Source: Candidatus Spongiisociaceae bacterium
GTDB taxonomy: Bacteria > Actinomycetota > Acidimicrobiia > Spongiisociales > Spongiisociaceae
Assembly (NCBI GenBank): GCA_965202665.1
Contig: OZ241841.1
Coordinates: 1,120,001-1,184,000, forward strand
Length of the DNA stretch: 64,000 nucleotides
Direction of reading: 5' to 3'
This document shows, in pieces, positions 51,201-53,473 of this stretch. How positions within the stretch are numbered: position 1 is the first letter of the stretch; each line of letters begins with the position of its first letter. Under the pieces are notes generated by a model, which saw only the letters and a list, made by a program, of their open reading frames with translations, had not been told where the DNA came from and did not search any database. The translations under genes were made by a program, and so were the position numbers.

Positions 51201-52471
51201 GTTGCGGAATTGACGGGCAACTTCGGGTAGGCGTCGCCCCCTACGGTTGTGGCCCGGGTGAACCCGGTCACGGTCAAAGTCTTATCCGAATGGGCATCCG
51301 TGTTGCTGGTGATGGGAAGGTTGAAGGTGGCGGAACCCTGTTGGCGATAGGCGGGGATGGTGACGGTAAACGGGGAGGGGATGACGTAATCGGTTCCGCC
51401 CACCGCCGTGTCGCCGTCCGCCCCCACCCGAACGGTTACCTCGGTGGCGACCGGGCGCCGCTGCTGCCTTTCCGGAAAAGCGGCGGTCACTTGCACCGCC
51501 GCCGTCCCCGCCTCCTCCTCCACCGTCGCCTGATCCAAGCTCAGGTTGACGGAGACCGGAGCGGTAATGTCGCCTTCGTCATCCGCAATCGTCACCGCCG
51601 TCCCGGTGACGGTACCGCTCCCCAGCCCGGAGTCGGCGACGCTTCCGGAAACCGTCGCCGACCGGTCGGCCGCCTGCAGGGTGAAATCGTCAACCGGGGT
51701 TAAATCGAATTTGGCGGTACCGCTGGTCTGGCCCGCCGGGATGGTAATGCTCAACTCAGAATCGTCCACCGTCTGGAAATGGGTTCCTTCCGTGGTGCCC
51801 GCCCCCGCCCCCACGCTCAAATCCACGGTCAGCGCATTTGGGCCGGCATGATGGAGTTCGGCGGTGACCGTCACCTCCTCCGTACCGCCTTCCTCCGCAA
51901 CCTCGTCCGGCGAAACGCTGAGGGACGCGCTGTTGTCTTGGTCCACGATCGTAACCAACAGGGGCTCAACCGACACGGAGGACGCGCTGTGGGAGCCGAC
52001 CACTCGGAAAACCTCCGGACCCTCCACCAAAGTGTCTGCCAACGGTTGATAAGAAACTACGGTATTCCTCTTCGTGCCTACCCCCTCAGTCCCATCCAAA
52101 GTAACAGTGGCGACCGTACCGGCAACCCTGTAATCTCCGGTAAAACTAATTGCCGTGGCAGCAGGCAGGGAAGAAAGCAAACCTCCGCCATCCGCGAGAG
52201 TGAGGGTAAGCGTTCCCGCCGGCACTCCGCCCGGCAACTCAACTTCGATTGGCAGTTCGAGGATGGGGCCGCCAGTTGCCGGCTCCGACACTGAAATCTG
52301 CTTGGCATAGACCCCGCCCGTCGCGGTGGTGGGTCGGAAACGCAGGGTTATCTGTCCGGGGGACTGCGCCTGCGCCGAAGGGTGGGGCAGGGCGGGGAAC
52401 AGCGAAACCACCAAGCCGAGCACGACCAACAAGGCAAGCCAGCGAATTCCAGGTTTGACGCCGATGGTCAT
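21275..52471 (-). CDS. Giant (10,398 aa) secreted SLH-anchored surface protein with Calx-beta-like repeats and four plant-type LRR modules
   Basis: Signal peptide ..RWLALLVVLGLVVSLFPALPHPSAQA; recurring TA..G.DY / IPAG..SG / DD..EG.E / TI.DDD; LxxLxLxxNxLsGxIP repeats; PT linker; SLH motifs (F.DDEGSVHE..I..GIT.GC, FCP..ITRRQM, VTRADMA, YCP..VTRAQMASF). Confidence 0.93.
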   Translation of the reverse strand: MTIGVKPGIRWLALLVVLGLVVSLFPALPHPSAQAQSPGQITLRFRPTTATGGVYAKQISVSEPATGGPILELPIEVELPGGVPAGTLTLTLADGGGLLSSLPAATAISFTGDYRVAGTVATVTLDGTEGVGTKRNTVVSYQPLADTLVEGPEVFRVVGSHSASSVSVEPLLVTIVDQDNSASLSVSPDEVAEEGGTEEVTVTAELHHAGPNALTVDLSVGAGAGTTEGTHFQTVDDSELSITIPAGQTSGTAKFDLTPVDDFTLQAADRSATVSGSVADSGLGSGTVTGTAVTIADDEGDITAPVSVNLSLDQATVEEEAGTAAVQVTAAFPERQQRRPVATEVTVRVGADGDTAVGGTDYVIPSPFTVTIPAYRQQGSATFNLPITSNTDAHSDKTLTVTGFTRATTVGGDAYPKLPVNSATLTILDDDSAIRLSLDKTEVTEGSEAEEGNLSHTITVTASLPEGRVETTATAVAVTVAAESGEFAEVPGFTITIPDHARSGTGQFTFTPVDDAIPEVRQRVAVHGTTDRFDVYSAYLSILDDDNLISLSADTTSVAEGEAAEVEVTASLPSGTDPLTQDLRVRVGVLGSSTATAGADSDAPGADYQTVADFDVDIEGGSRSGSAAFTLTSWADEAAEAGENVELGVISVSQRDADVPDPDNPGETMEADTFTPVSVFRFAAPIAVAITDPGVSTTPTPTPRTLQVAVSPSRVTEGSTTTLTATATLPAGADPITENVSVAVSLAADGTTAGGSAEGADFTPASATIEITASPSAPFTSSTGASKEFTLVTASDADNDDETIKVSASATGFSIAPSFISIADDDPVAAEDPAIDLQADVSRVGEDSGTTRVTVTAEYADGASRADPVTVSVGLANHAGYATAPDDYAAVENFNITIPANAVRASGSFNLAVVDDALAEGDERVRIIGHETTASPGPATGSIPPETDSGLTGFAVHATEVLIIDNDDELFFSITPLFLNEAAGSVQLSYEVGLASGVALLAQDTEITVSVASGTATWGSDFSAANRRVITLPQNTRTVSGSLDVTLIEDDLAEGYEFFEASAAAPGLETSTIAVVINDDDQRINFLVDPYRISEDSGSGAASRTTKVTVTAYLPGSAPGVTLPGEPVRVTPLTVPVSVKEDTAGRSDFTASPRHFTITIPAGANEGSASFNLTVADDEASEGNERLFIRVAEPFEPFSPVYTFTRGGITTSALAAGDPSVTIADDDGADIVLSASQPSATEDDGPTPLTVTAALREGVERSQSAVTVSLSTADSSATPGSDFTLTDGEGGTGPFTVTIPAGQRSGSLDLILSPVDDRSRESLEAVTFSGSAATFGVIPVSVALYDDDSVVALSAAPAALEEDSAQTSVVVTATLPVGESAPADSPVVVELTATGGSGSGQAEEGEGKDFTVARPNPFRITIPAGQDGGSVSLNFTVNDDSEAEGAESITIAGVAAGRVVSPATVTILGNDGEAAALGSGNCSDGTWVTSPGSAAALVGDCRQLVAIRNHWLGNPDNAGLPADHSLRLWGSGLVDSWPGVTTAGGRVTGLDLSDAALAGSVPSEIGSLSGLTSLDLGGNRLSGEIPALNALSSLTSLDLGGNRLSGEIPALNALSSLTSLDLGGNRLSGEIPALNALSSLTSLDLGGNRLSDAIPSLSGLTALTSLDLGGNRLSGGLSGVGLGGLSSLTSLDLGGNRLSGSIPSALGSLTSLTGLDLSDNGFTGQIPSSLGSLSALAALDVSGNRLTGSIPAGLGGLSSLAEFGFCGNGLTGSLPAGLGSGTTLPGYDEAEGVAGCRRGVALRLTSDSLAEGDTELMEVTAELVGFGGAGEPGLPGTDTVVTVSVAGGTAAAADYQGRGESGAVDNFTVTIPAGSASGKGSFWLTGAPDALFEGSEFANVSGVSAGLLVFGEQLFVLDEDSRVQLRVSPGSVNEGVSATVTVTAELVGFGGAGKPAAPTEDVAVPVSVAGGSAGVSVTGGVAGPGDYKAVPDFTVTIPAGSTSGTGAFRLETVDDSLRERDEWLAVVGPADGVAVAGGRLQATHDAGTLVRVLDDEQWVWFALPRNFVREGEDFNPFITGGLFGFGGPGQPAYPGFTHVRWSVADSADVHGWSGNTQYFGTTRNWAAGTRVRIRAKQDELFEGPEVVTITGEARFSAGPWMRVVEPVEVTVVDRESRVELSVSPSLVAEGDDETRISVSATLAGFGGPGQPARPEGDIVVPVSVGGGSATAGSDFATVPNFTITIPAGKLAGSGVFVLSVTDDATWEGLESAQVGSPQGVAIGSWGVLGVSEAEVAIEDNETGKAVELSITPSRVAEGGSETITVGATLPDGQETSPVTLSLNLADGSALASANDYTALTGNVDLTIASGQTIGATTVTVAVPQDADIEREKTVLLRVVTPPTGFKVYPSEFAITIVDDDSSITPLDSALCADGTFVEDTSNTLLIADCRALVGIRNHFTNNPLNGNLPVDIPYTPDDPSTPNVDETQGTKNIDETHVLRAWGAIGYAPWSPPVLSATRLSESVLESRFGTRDIRIWPGVTLERVGGVLRVTGLNLRNQGLEGLVPVDSITVTCQNPDQSDLIFLPNCSPQLGFYYTATRAVPILPSTEVEANRISGTVPAQIGDLSALTSLDLGGNRLTGSLPSGVLRSGLTKLDLSDNYLSLRSLDVTQMTGLVELRVGGNSLTSWPTGLDVNISGVVLSNPPTDRQNEELARRRALDANLSVIDLSDTGLTGAFPSEVISFTNLTHLDLSGNGFTGSVPNFSPTILTFLDLSGNQLSGPLPGFLDSLTKLSHLDLSGNGFTGSVPEFRSTDLTFLDLSGNQLSDHLPGLLGSLTKLEKLDLSDNQLTGGFPWNFSPLTDNGRRNGLWSLTDLDLSGNKLTGTVPSWVGKFAGLERLDLSGNNFSGNLPRLTGLADLAYLNLSNNRLTGSFPASLGSLDLITLDLSGNRLRGPLPASLDGWDGLTMLDLGGNRLTGSIPAALGGFTGLTMLDLGGNQFTGSIPAALTSLADLRVLDLGGNRLTGAIPADIGDLSRLEKLMLGDNGLTGGIPTSLIRVRGLTHLDLGGNPNFYPAGLAQWPSALDEITYLDLNGIGLTTAFPTGLEVLEDIAYLDLSGNRLTGSLPTSLGSLTKLETLLVSGNLLTGPFPAALVSLSATAGGSLSRFGFCGNGITGPVPALLLSEVELVGLPSGARRAEACAQGVVLTVSPAVVGEEDGLTEVTVTATRPEYGGSGGNLSERDTTVSLTVGATGDSATANTDYTATAEGGLSNLAIVIPAGKRSSSVALQLTPTDDSASESVEFLSVVGESGSLPIVSARIGIVDDESTPTGVTWILSPTSVQESPSDIEVKVTASLTGGARTGATAVRFKVGDADDPATMNVVERDTAQAGTDYQPVADFSVIIPAGETQGSSVFSLSGTADQLDETGAGASETITVKIVQPEGLTVSPASRTVTLTDADETPQRVALAVDLDPDISGAQTFAAEDVGARTVTVTAAFPDDAVPVSSRTVVDVAIGEQATLASTATRGQDYQAVATLRIVIPAGQRSGSAAFALNVIDDETPGEGSETVSLVGTVAGGSYTVDNTFFTITDNDKGITLTVSPNQAGEGDSVSATVTAEYAAGVTTPADPVTVTVTVGKTDDTATRSRADDPDTAEVDEAVAGDYTAPETVTITIPANTRSATADLAIAVDNDRTTEDAETITLTGSAGEGSGYAVQPATFTIPASDPAPTAIDLSLSPATVAESPDGSRSVIITLRAAFAGDSKARDQDTVINASVGAVAGDTATPRVDFQPRNNLAVTIPAGSRSASVRFGLVISSDTAGEGAETLTVSGQAAGLTVNPVKLTITDPTATLTVSPAVLTENSADNTQAITVTATLPAGVVAPAGGTTVTVSVAGGTGAGQAERGPAKDFTATAPAAISLAAGATTGTTTFSITVRPDTAAEGAETITVSGSLSGSLSSTTVTDAVVTIAGNDGALTALDPAACADGTYVDNPGSNALLVADCRALVAIRNHWLGNADNARPAAEGGLPADHPLRSWGSGDPAAKINITPGWPGVRATGTRVTRLSLQPRTTDEYLYGTIPTEIGLLTGLTSLNLTGNRLSGAIPSQIGSLTALTELHLGNNRLTGSIPSGITSLTGLVNLILSGNQLSGAIPSGITSLTSLSRLHLDNNRLSGSIPSGINSMTALHRLNLSSNQLTGSIPSVSATLTHLILSNNRLSGNIPTGINSWTGLEWLSLSNNRLTGSIPATITSLTSLRNLQIQNNRLTGSIPSQIGALTNLIQLKLENNRLTGNIPSGITSLTNLIILTLEGNGLTGSIPSGIGSLTRLNQLSLQYNDLSGEIPAGVVDLANLTWLTLHNNDLSGEIPVRLGNIPRLSTLVLSGNQLTGTIPSTLGNLSNLALLYLHDNRLTGSIPASLGRLTNLQRLHLDDNQLSGTIPSSLGELAYSPYRTGGALRWFSFCGNNLSGNLPSDLLSEWVRVEDSTADAGFIYGPFSPRLRSVADCRRAVQLSVDPQTAAENAAPDPVITVTASLVGFSGAGQPALPTSATTVTVNPSGGSAAAPGDYAAVDPFEIVIPAGQTSAKATFTLNLENDAIAEADETLRITGSVDDIAVVGTSFVITDDDGSAPTTASLTVSPATVTEGSTTNITVTAAFPADSATRSSDTSISLTLSNGTAMAGTDFTTVTGQRITIPQGSRTGSVSFNLTTAENSAAAADKNFTITGTLASFTISPATVTIANNDAHAPLDWNICNTTAVVGSSPSRTRVSQCEALVSIRNHWTGNLANAGLPSTHKLLRWGTGTTEALGSWPGVTLTGDWVTTLDLSNASVGASSIAGTIPSYFTHLASLTNLNLQYNRLTGDIPINLPRSLVQLRLNNNDLTGTIPVALGGLSRLNYLDISNNRLTGNIPAELVNTALDDGTASNRLLICENGFTGPIPSSLRNMQLLGYSASQSTTYNAVISEVSDSACLDENDAVTLSVSPSTISEGVSTMATVTAQLGGGNTASPGGLVVRVSTFTGSGTGDATSGTDFTPASVDLVIPAGASRASAQMNLSVLDDVTQESLERFSIMGTSDSHKVIGATVTIPANDQNAVGIREMEWSLDKYRVTEGEADATHTFTLTLSVPDDRRPYASDYSIAFGVTQSHDTLTHQSDYSSWSATPHNFVTLPANQRSVTVSIVLNLKADNLAEGDETFSIYHYITHRTSPPLMTTPTSAYLPELTITVADSPADSVVTLVADTSSASGIQTTAVEQAMAHSVSVTASLPSGVTAQRPLAIPLTVSPGTAQAADFTASAPGSITIAAGQSSGTASFNLTASTDSDQLEPDETVIVSGSAANFTVNPATITIPAFDKIISVGLSAESEEARSNRPWITVGRAQTENGNTVASNVTVSTNAVVPTGRTVMSSFTIATNQNRSSTRHAVPIRSGNDPQPNFNDQVVNTVPRNVMLTGTATGGYVVRPASAPIGDDEWSRRPTGIELTADVTELNENDVVNTAVTVTASLVRDGGSPAGLDVDVEVPLEVRSGTAFAGSDFQVVDADGDPAPSTAAITITSGQTSGTAVIHIKPIRDKVLEGDESLWIRAVSTPGPFGEFEFRDDIDPLQVTVTDYSRIFLTFSQLSVTTLQPSVTEGNGPEAIAVTAFLPAGTPVLDRDLEVRNLRLISVIASSSDYTLASPITLTIPAGQRRSASKQMTVQAVDDNIPEDGESLQFVAAVSSGYRLGDFFLTINDNDRTLDREGNPISRGPPGVRLTLSPETVSEGDEPQQVTVTAQLGTWTAAATTATYTDQGGNQQSATCADPDEFGAVHCSYTIGAGAQARVTQVSNQPSFTAFTAGLPRDLAVRVELKAAAARSGLVPAGVGSDFTVPLPVVITIPAGQTQASADFLLDVKKDGLSEPSETIKVDGTALDPPTGFSLFDKPMFIEANRGPTFTLSVAPITVSEGAGTATVQVNATVDKVAQEGYQVPAPDVDNADGDGNPDTNPKCDNAQQGSSFVYVTYDPGPDGDLLTDDDLTRCVEFRTRQVTVPGAVPDVDTPIRVSVGTEGDTAVEGTDYTAVPDFTFVFPAGRRTASTTFSLPVIDDRLPEESDKLLTITGSDPLTGSSPDYIPQSIINNGTLSIIDDDDLAVNLKVDTASVEEDSGTTAVGVTVSLAGGAVLSSPIGVAVRVRGADETACTADEDAGRLHCPSQAGQALARTDYANVSDFTLTIPAGQNAVTGSFNLTVTDDRLVEGAERVVVSAGFRDQIVTHNLVINDNDDPPTDLVLTLTPALLTADGVDVPEPEGWVGRTYLVTAAPPADQGFLTSTATVTLSVAGGTASANDFQVTYLPRNTLQVPAYTAQIGPAHQTIVSITVPSDANLEGPESLIISGTATGDLQVAPVTMTIVDDPRSPVDAVNITLDRSEVGEGDGTVPVTVTAQFYCQRAGACPTLAEDRTVALELSDQGRATEGVDFTLETATVTIPAGKHVGKTTVQLRVSDDRVVEGDESITVTGSIFGGYRVGKATLLIIDDEQAAGELDLRFSRGTVSEGDGRVPLVLTAGWPAGLSVTSDTEVTAVLNRGSAAAGIDYELLERERLTLTIPAGRSSVSVKAGELRLVDDQVAEEVETFEAFGFAQAAGDGDPVRYKVNPAVLRIADDDTVAVKLTVDQEYVLEGWDWEVNDRLEFDAEAEVAYVRSAQRHIVRSSFSTACRVTGVDDDNAPVFNENCTDDAFKQDALRDVPEISVTASLTGAEGADGVRDRDTVVRVAVGNEDDTATAGEDYIVYDGFQEDGFLYIIIPAGESAVSSSFRILTTDDNVAGETERSEVGSLPNGIPIMDISITESLSITGVVTKEQGTDPSISTEGTELEIWDLSDQVPTVLDFTLSPLRVVEGDAGYTARVTVTAAIAGTPLSSELEDTVLAADLAVPLLLSSNVDDDGNVLPGWASSGTDYGTPVQISPKPVGAGAPVVIPEGVTYQGPDPSHVDGGSEVTVVIPAGELSGKTVFDLPIVGDTITESAILFGPSGSEWLRVGTDLQGWTTEGAILEIIDDDPAPVVQLELDKTSLAEDDGSHTVRATARLVAPDGSAGTFSEDIPLLLQVVNNKSDVEEARLSAAGLANAYHDFRVSGTAQLEDDEPVTIPGNNLHASVDRSEVTEGSEVDVRLQLSFPSGAGGGGTTVTVSVGAAGDSAVAGTDYELVSAHFNSPLTITNGRFSAYAPSGSSGITVILRLRVTDDAVHEGAEVFTIGTHLGASTQLVIPANDPPPPEDSKSVTIPAGSSSASAVFDLEVVEDNLDEGAGEDIVFRAFARCPGTSNRLVSIDSNIQVVRLVLTGCEADTENADEAADEAAENVLRATRTLLGGSDPVAKLRIVDDDSVADVITLVAELGGSDSGPGVVSESAGSDQVLNVAVGFPAGSGARLADTVVTLSAENGSAGSSDYSLTFSDPDGTGPLTAGQVVIPAGETAVLARLGPAVADDPSTANVNEAQPATADFDVTEDTVAEGDETFILKGVADGFEVRPYMVTIQDTEPAAIVLTIGSDLFVQEMELAEGSASPLTLNVRAAFPASVADADLPAADTEIILGGSDGKLRVRNGAVSPAATAGDYAVQSVVLNTRDTALTLTIPGGTRSATGTIRVSLADDEIVERTENLQIVGSTSGREVSPAVIYITDNDSVLPSYDLSVSPRLVAEGATGKQWVTVTARAKGAIRLGEDAVIQLALSGTEVGGPDFEPVAAQDLRLTVPADAASGSVRFGLVMVDDNVAEGVTTTLDAVRLSGSATSPIGGEDLTVTAGPQSQVVIFDNDVAPNRIALSVPSGGLREGTGTSSVTVRAAFPAGSPVRPVDTKVSVRIGGAAENADDEAGPGDYTAPATVLVTIPAGKSSGEGSFDISLTDDLLSEEAETVTLTGQAIAPYHKPYPAFPKREFTVSHAALTITDNDEPPAFVALQVLPAPSAGAEGASGTAAARLFTGMVREGDEVTEYTVTATFGPGAARSKNTVLTFGLGGRAASSVGLTLPNGQPIIGPNGLQATITVPGDTAVKGTDFQIVDGDGDPVTGDLTVTIPSGQTRGSATFRLEVMDDTEANEPLETLTVYSTLPDDATPKFTIMPATLNIIDNDRVSEINLTLLDENDQPLESVRENVGSAVPVKVKASYPGTSVLGADTELDVYIFAGTADGKWDGTNGSAGDFSDSVDTENNPVRVTIPAGDNSATVSLTNLSFNNDEVAEADEYLTLEGTVAGTQTVDFTINRGRLTVFDDDIPVTLVVDTDTGTVGNQTDVAEADGVIEVEVTATLPDKPRTASGGTITLAFSETADANKADLGGGTGDDFQLVDASGDPLSGVDITFDDGELTSDTVTLRLKVADDRTVEPNETLAASGTSVRFSNITATAITIVDDDVDLTVDNASVDERTVTNTAAVTVTVTATIGEAAPAGGRTVALEVKDDGDYTAEPADYSANPATSPFRVEIVGGATTGTATFDLSTTDDDEAEDHETLGVAGTLSGFQVDPATVTIMDQDRGVTLTFTDSSDNALAELSEADGSQTVQAVRVRATLDASSSSLTANTTVAVTVGASGGTAGLGAAADYTRSASSVSAVIQAGQLSAAATDVNITTNSDNIAEGRETVRFTGSSAGFSVPNADLEIADPDSKIILVLSSTEVAENANATFTVTAKYGTSVTSSTISSAAAVAVTVASAASNGADLDDYSYTDTTVSIPAQAITSGAQSFALTITDDDRVDAGAGGEKNEEGLVIDGNPPDGFPDIDPVSFSIVDDDHVISWTLTLSGSPYDGGTEGDSLGSVQARASFAGAESDLTSPVTVTLNIRTDGDATAEAADLTSPGSSITFTIPAGSVSSNTAALTGYAFTQDTIAELPETVLVGGTVTDSYKLDETTLTITDDDSRITLTLTGTAEEADGNAGDASVRAAFASTAVTSEISTATVITLAFGTGDGATAEAADFTAPNTAITLTIAANSVSPTSSVALTTLAITNDTRAEGTETINVTGTVTGGLEAPGFKLPIVDDSDLDVTLIADTDNDESGDQKGVAEDQSPVVRVRARFTSATANDLAEPLVVRVTAAELSTASAVGSGTDFRAPATPVNVTIPIGAANLTGSASILTGLTLNDDQIAENSETFLITGTSTGAAAAGTVTSDTLTINDDDTDIKLSISPAAVQESADAHDITVTAAFDATSSVLTSAVTVTVQVASGDGTGAAVLGSAGPPRVGDFDTDQTNDRITISIAAGSVSNTGTFKLTAWDDSLNEGIERAKLTGSATVNGVSRQTETPMDILDGGVVVVLRDTGGNILTSLAENSGSTQVRVHVTVPVAPTSALVVGLNAIGGTAVLDAGGAPFGATEDFRVSYPAKPQGTPTGHALGVRIPAGQTTASALVTVTVNNDRIAEGAEDETILFRGGQVTINSQSLPVLDRSLGIADDDSAITLSVSGTAEEADGNAGDASITARFAGTSSVIAANTVVSLTYSVASSQATAQAADFTAPGTAITVTIPAGSTSSSGVALTNLTITNDAAAEETEKVQVGGTAAGLDVTGVLLSIADDDAQVVLSIPSNTSVSEGGNGSGVMVSAAYKSGTTSSQITSDLMITLSAADGTATLSSGDFRYSPSTPNRVTIPAGTTSSATAGTLAGLSVNHDTVSEGQETLSVGGSSPLGSATAVSLPVTDADGDIELSLSPGTVVERAAAHTITVTARYTGDTRVTRSTRTSATAVAVTVASGDGTDAASLGSGSADDFTANPTSLTVNIAAGQISGTGTFQVTAPMDGRDEGTEKAKVSGTATVDGSSRSDSVDLSLTDRAIINLSVDTDVSTGGIQSTISEGAGSARLRIQAAIPNDAVLPTSGVTVNLTVTTHYTTAGGDAVTANGTINIPAGSRTGTTDVLVSVRDDNVFGEGGGTWTISGTATDMAVVNATVTVTDDDTAPTRIELTVDPANGVMENVGTAPQTIGVKANFPAGSAVLTTATTVTVMVVSSGGNTSATVGTDFDSLTVPSPFTVTIPARERESTTAGTFTVVIRDDADRESIERIAVTGTAGGFTVTPTSLRIVDDDAVPELSIGNQTVQENAGRVTISVRLTGIPDSGFTARASTVNGTATAGNDYQAVTNQALNFVGTEGETQTFTVVIINDRNVEENESFGIRLTVPESSGVTVNSRGGTITITDNDTPSPPTGTRVITPPPSRPTAPTGPPAPTAPTGPTAPTGPTAPTGPAEPTAPGEPVAPTEPETWEGTFRDDEGSVHEDNIEVIAEEGITRGCDDRSNFCPGQSITRRQMSAFLYRAVVERSGAPAPPPSGVEFTDVPAGAWYSQYADWVTSIGAFSAPNGMFNPGGVVTRADMAVMLIAAFSHLQSVDEAENLFTDVSGLSEDVVRAIEGLYQAEITLGCSTDPLRYCPNEPVTRAQMASFFVRALNSAPS
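21850..21975 (-). repeat. Pro/Thr linker (PTGPTA)n, 18-bp degenerate repeat
   Basis: PTAPTGPPAPTAPTGPTAPTGPTAPTGPAEPTAPGEPVAPTEP between Calx-beta region and SLH. Confidence 0.85.
37560..38240 (-). repeat. LRR module 4 (~5 repeats) of the giant protein
   Basis: N-cap CNTT...QCEALVSIRNHW..WPGVT, C-cap ICENGFTG..C. Confidence 0.85.
38950..40540 (-). repeat. LRR module 3 (~17 repeats of 24 aa)
   Basis: N-cap CADGT..DCRALVAIRNHW..WPGV, C-cap FCGNNLSG..DCRR. Confidence 0.9.
42860..45200 (-). repeat. LRR module 2 (~23 repeats, with insertions)
   Basis: N-cap CADGT..DCRALVGIRNHF..WPGVT, C-cap FCGNGITG..ACAQ. Confidence 0.9.
47080..48040 (-). repeat. LRR module 1 (~10 repeats), with a perfect 69-bp tandem repeat x3.3 at 47535..47761
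   Basis: N-cap CSDGT..DCRQLVAIRNHW..WPGVT; (LSSLTSLDLGGNRLSGEIPALNA) repeats; C-cap FCGNGLTG..GCRR. Confidence 0.92.
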
Positions 52472-52576
52472 CTGATTGGGACCCCAGGTGAATTTCTAAA
52501 TTTCATTGCTGTTGTATGTTGCCCTTTCACGGCGCGGCATCCCGCCCACGCGCACAGCGCAGACGGACGAGAGAGC

Positions 52577-52604
52577 AGTATACCCCCGCCGGCGCGCCGT
52601 GCAA
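52577..52604 (-). promoter_or_regulatory. Candidate sigma70-type promoter P2 for the giant gene (TTGCAC-N16-TATACT)
   Basis: Reverse complements of GTGCAA (52599-52604) and AGTATA (52577-52582). Confidence 0.5.
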
Positions 52605-52631
52605 GAATTTTCGTCAAGTTGTATTTCCGCC

Positions 52632-52661
52632 ATTCTATAGATTGGGGGGGGGGGGTTGCAA
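52632..52661 (-). promoter_or_regulatory. Candidate promoter P1 for the giant gene with a C12 homopolymer in the spacer (TTGCAA-C12AATCTA-TAGAAT)
   Basis: G12 at 52644-52655 between TTGCAA (52656-52661) and ATTCTA (52632-52637); spacer 18 nt. Confidence 0.65.
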
Positions 52662-52802
52662 ATTTACCGCCGCCGCCCGCCCCCGCGCCGCCCCCTCAAG
52701 CCCCCGGAAGCGGGAGGGGGGCCGCCGGATTTTCGGAAACCGCGCTACGGCATATCGTAGTCCGCTGACGCATTCCGCCCCACCCCCGCCCCTCGCCTTC
52801 CG

Positions 52803-53397
52803 CCCGGGTTTTCACCGCCCGTTCCAAGAACGCGAAAAAAATATCTAAAAACCGCAAATTGCCCCTTGTTTTTTCAAAAAAGTTCCTTAATATTGGAAGT
52901 ATGGACGCGACAGCCATCCTCACCGCCGGTCAGTTTGCCGGGCTTATCGCCCTGTTCATCTTCACCTGGCGCGTGGACAAGCGCTCCGAAGAGCGCACCA
53001 ACAACGCCAGCGAGGAACTGGGAACACAGTTCCAAACGCTGTTTACCGTTCTGCAAGAGTGCCAAACCCATCTGCAAGAGGGCCAAACCCAAATCCTGGC
53101 CCGGGTGGGCAACCTGGAAATGCGAGTGGGCAACTTGGAAACCCGGATGAGCAAACTGGAGGAAGGGCAGGCCACCCTGGCCGAAGGACAGGCGGCCCTG
53201 GCCTTGGAGTGGGCCAAAGCGGAAATCCGGTTGAAGCACCTGGAGGAAAACGCGGTCACGACGCAAGGCAAAATCGACGAGATCAGCGAACTGTCCCACC
53301 AAACCAATGCCAAAACCGCCAGCCTGGACGGCCTGATACGGGGCTACTTCATCCGAGAAGGCGACATCCTCCACGAAACCGCCGCCGCCGGATAACC
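52803..53397 (+). repeat. Tandemly duplicated promoter + gene unit, copy 1 (copy 2 at ~53914..54528)
   Basis: CCCGGGTTTTCACCGCCC..CAAGAACGCGAAAAAAATATCTA..CGCAAATTGCCCCTTGTTTTTT shared, followed by paralogous CDSs. Confidence 0.88.
52901..53395 (+). CDS. Membrane-anchored coiled-coil protein (subfamily B), leaderless
   Basis: TAATAT-7nt-ATG; TM AILTAGQFAGLIALFIFTW then (LE.R.GN/L.EGQ) heptads. Confidence 0.8.
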   Translation: MDATAILTAGQFAGLIALFIFTWRVDKRSEERTNNASEELGTQFQTLFTVLQECQTHLQEGQTQILARVGNLEMRVGNLETRMSKLEEGQATLAEGQAALALEWAKAEIRLKHLEENAVTTQGKIDEISELSHQTNAKTASLDGLIRGYFIREGDILHETAAAG

Positions 53398-53473
53398 ACC
53401 GCCCGACTACGCCCGCCCTCGGAAACGGAAAGGCGGGTTTTTGGATTTTCGGAAACGGAGCTATATGGAAAGT

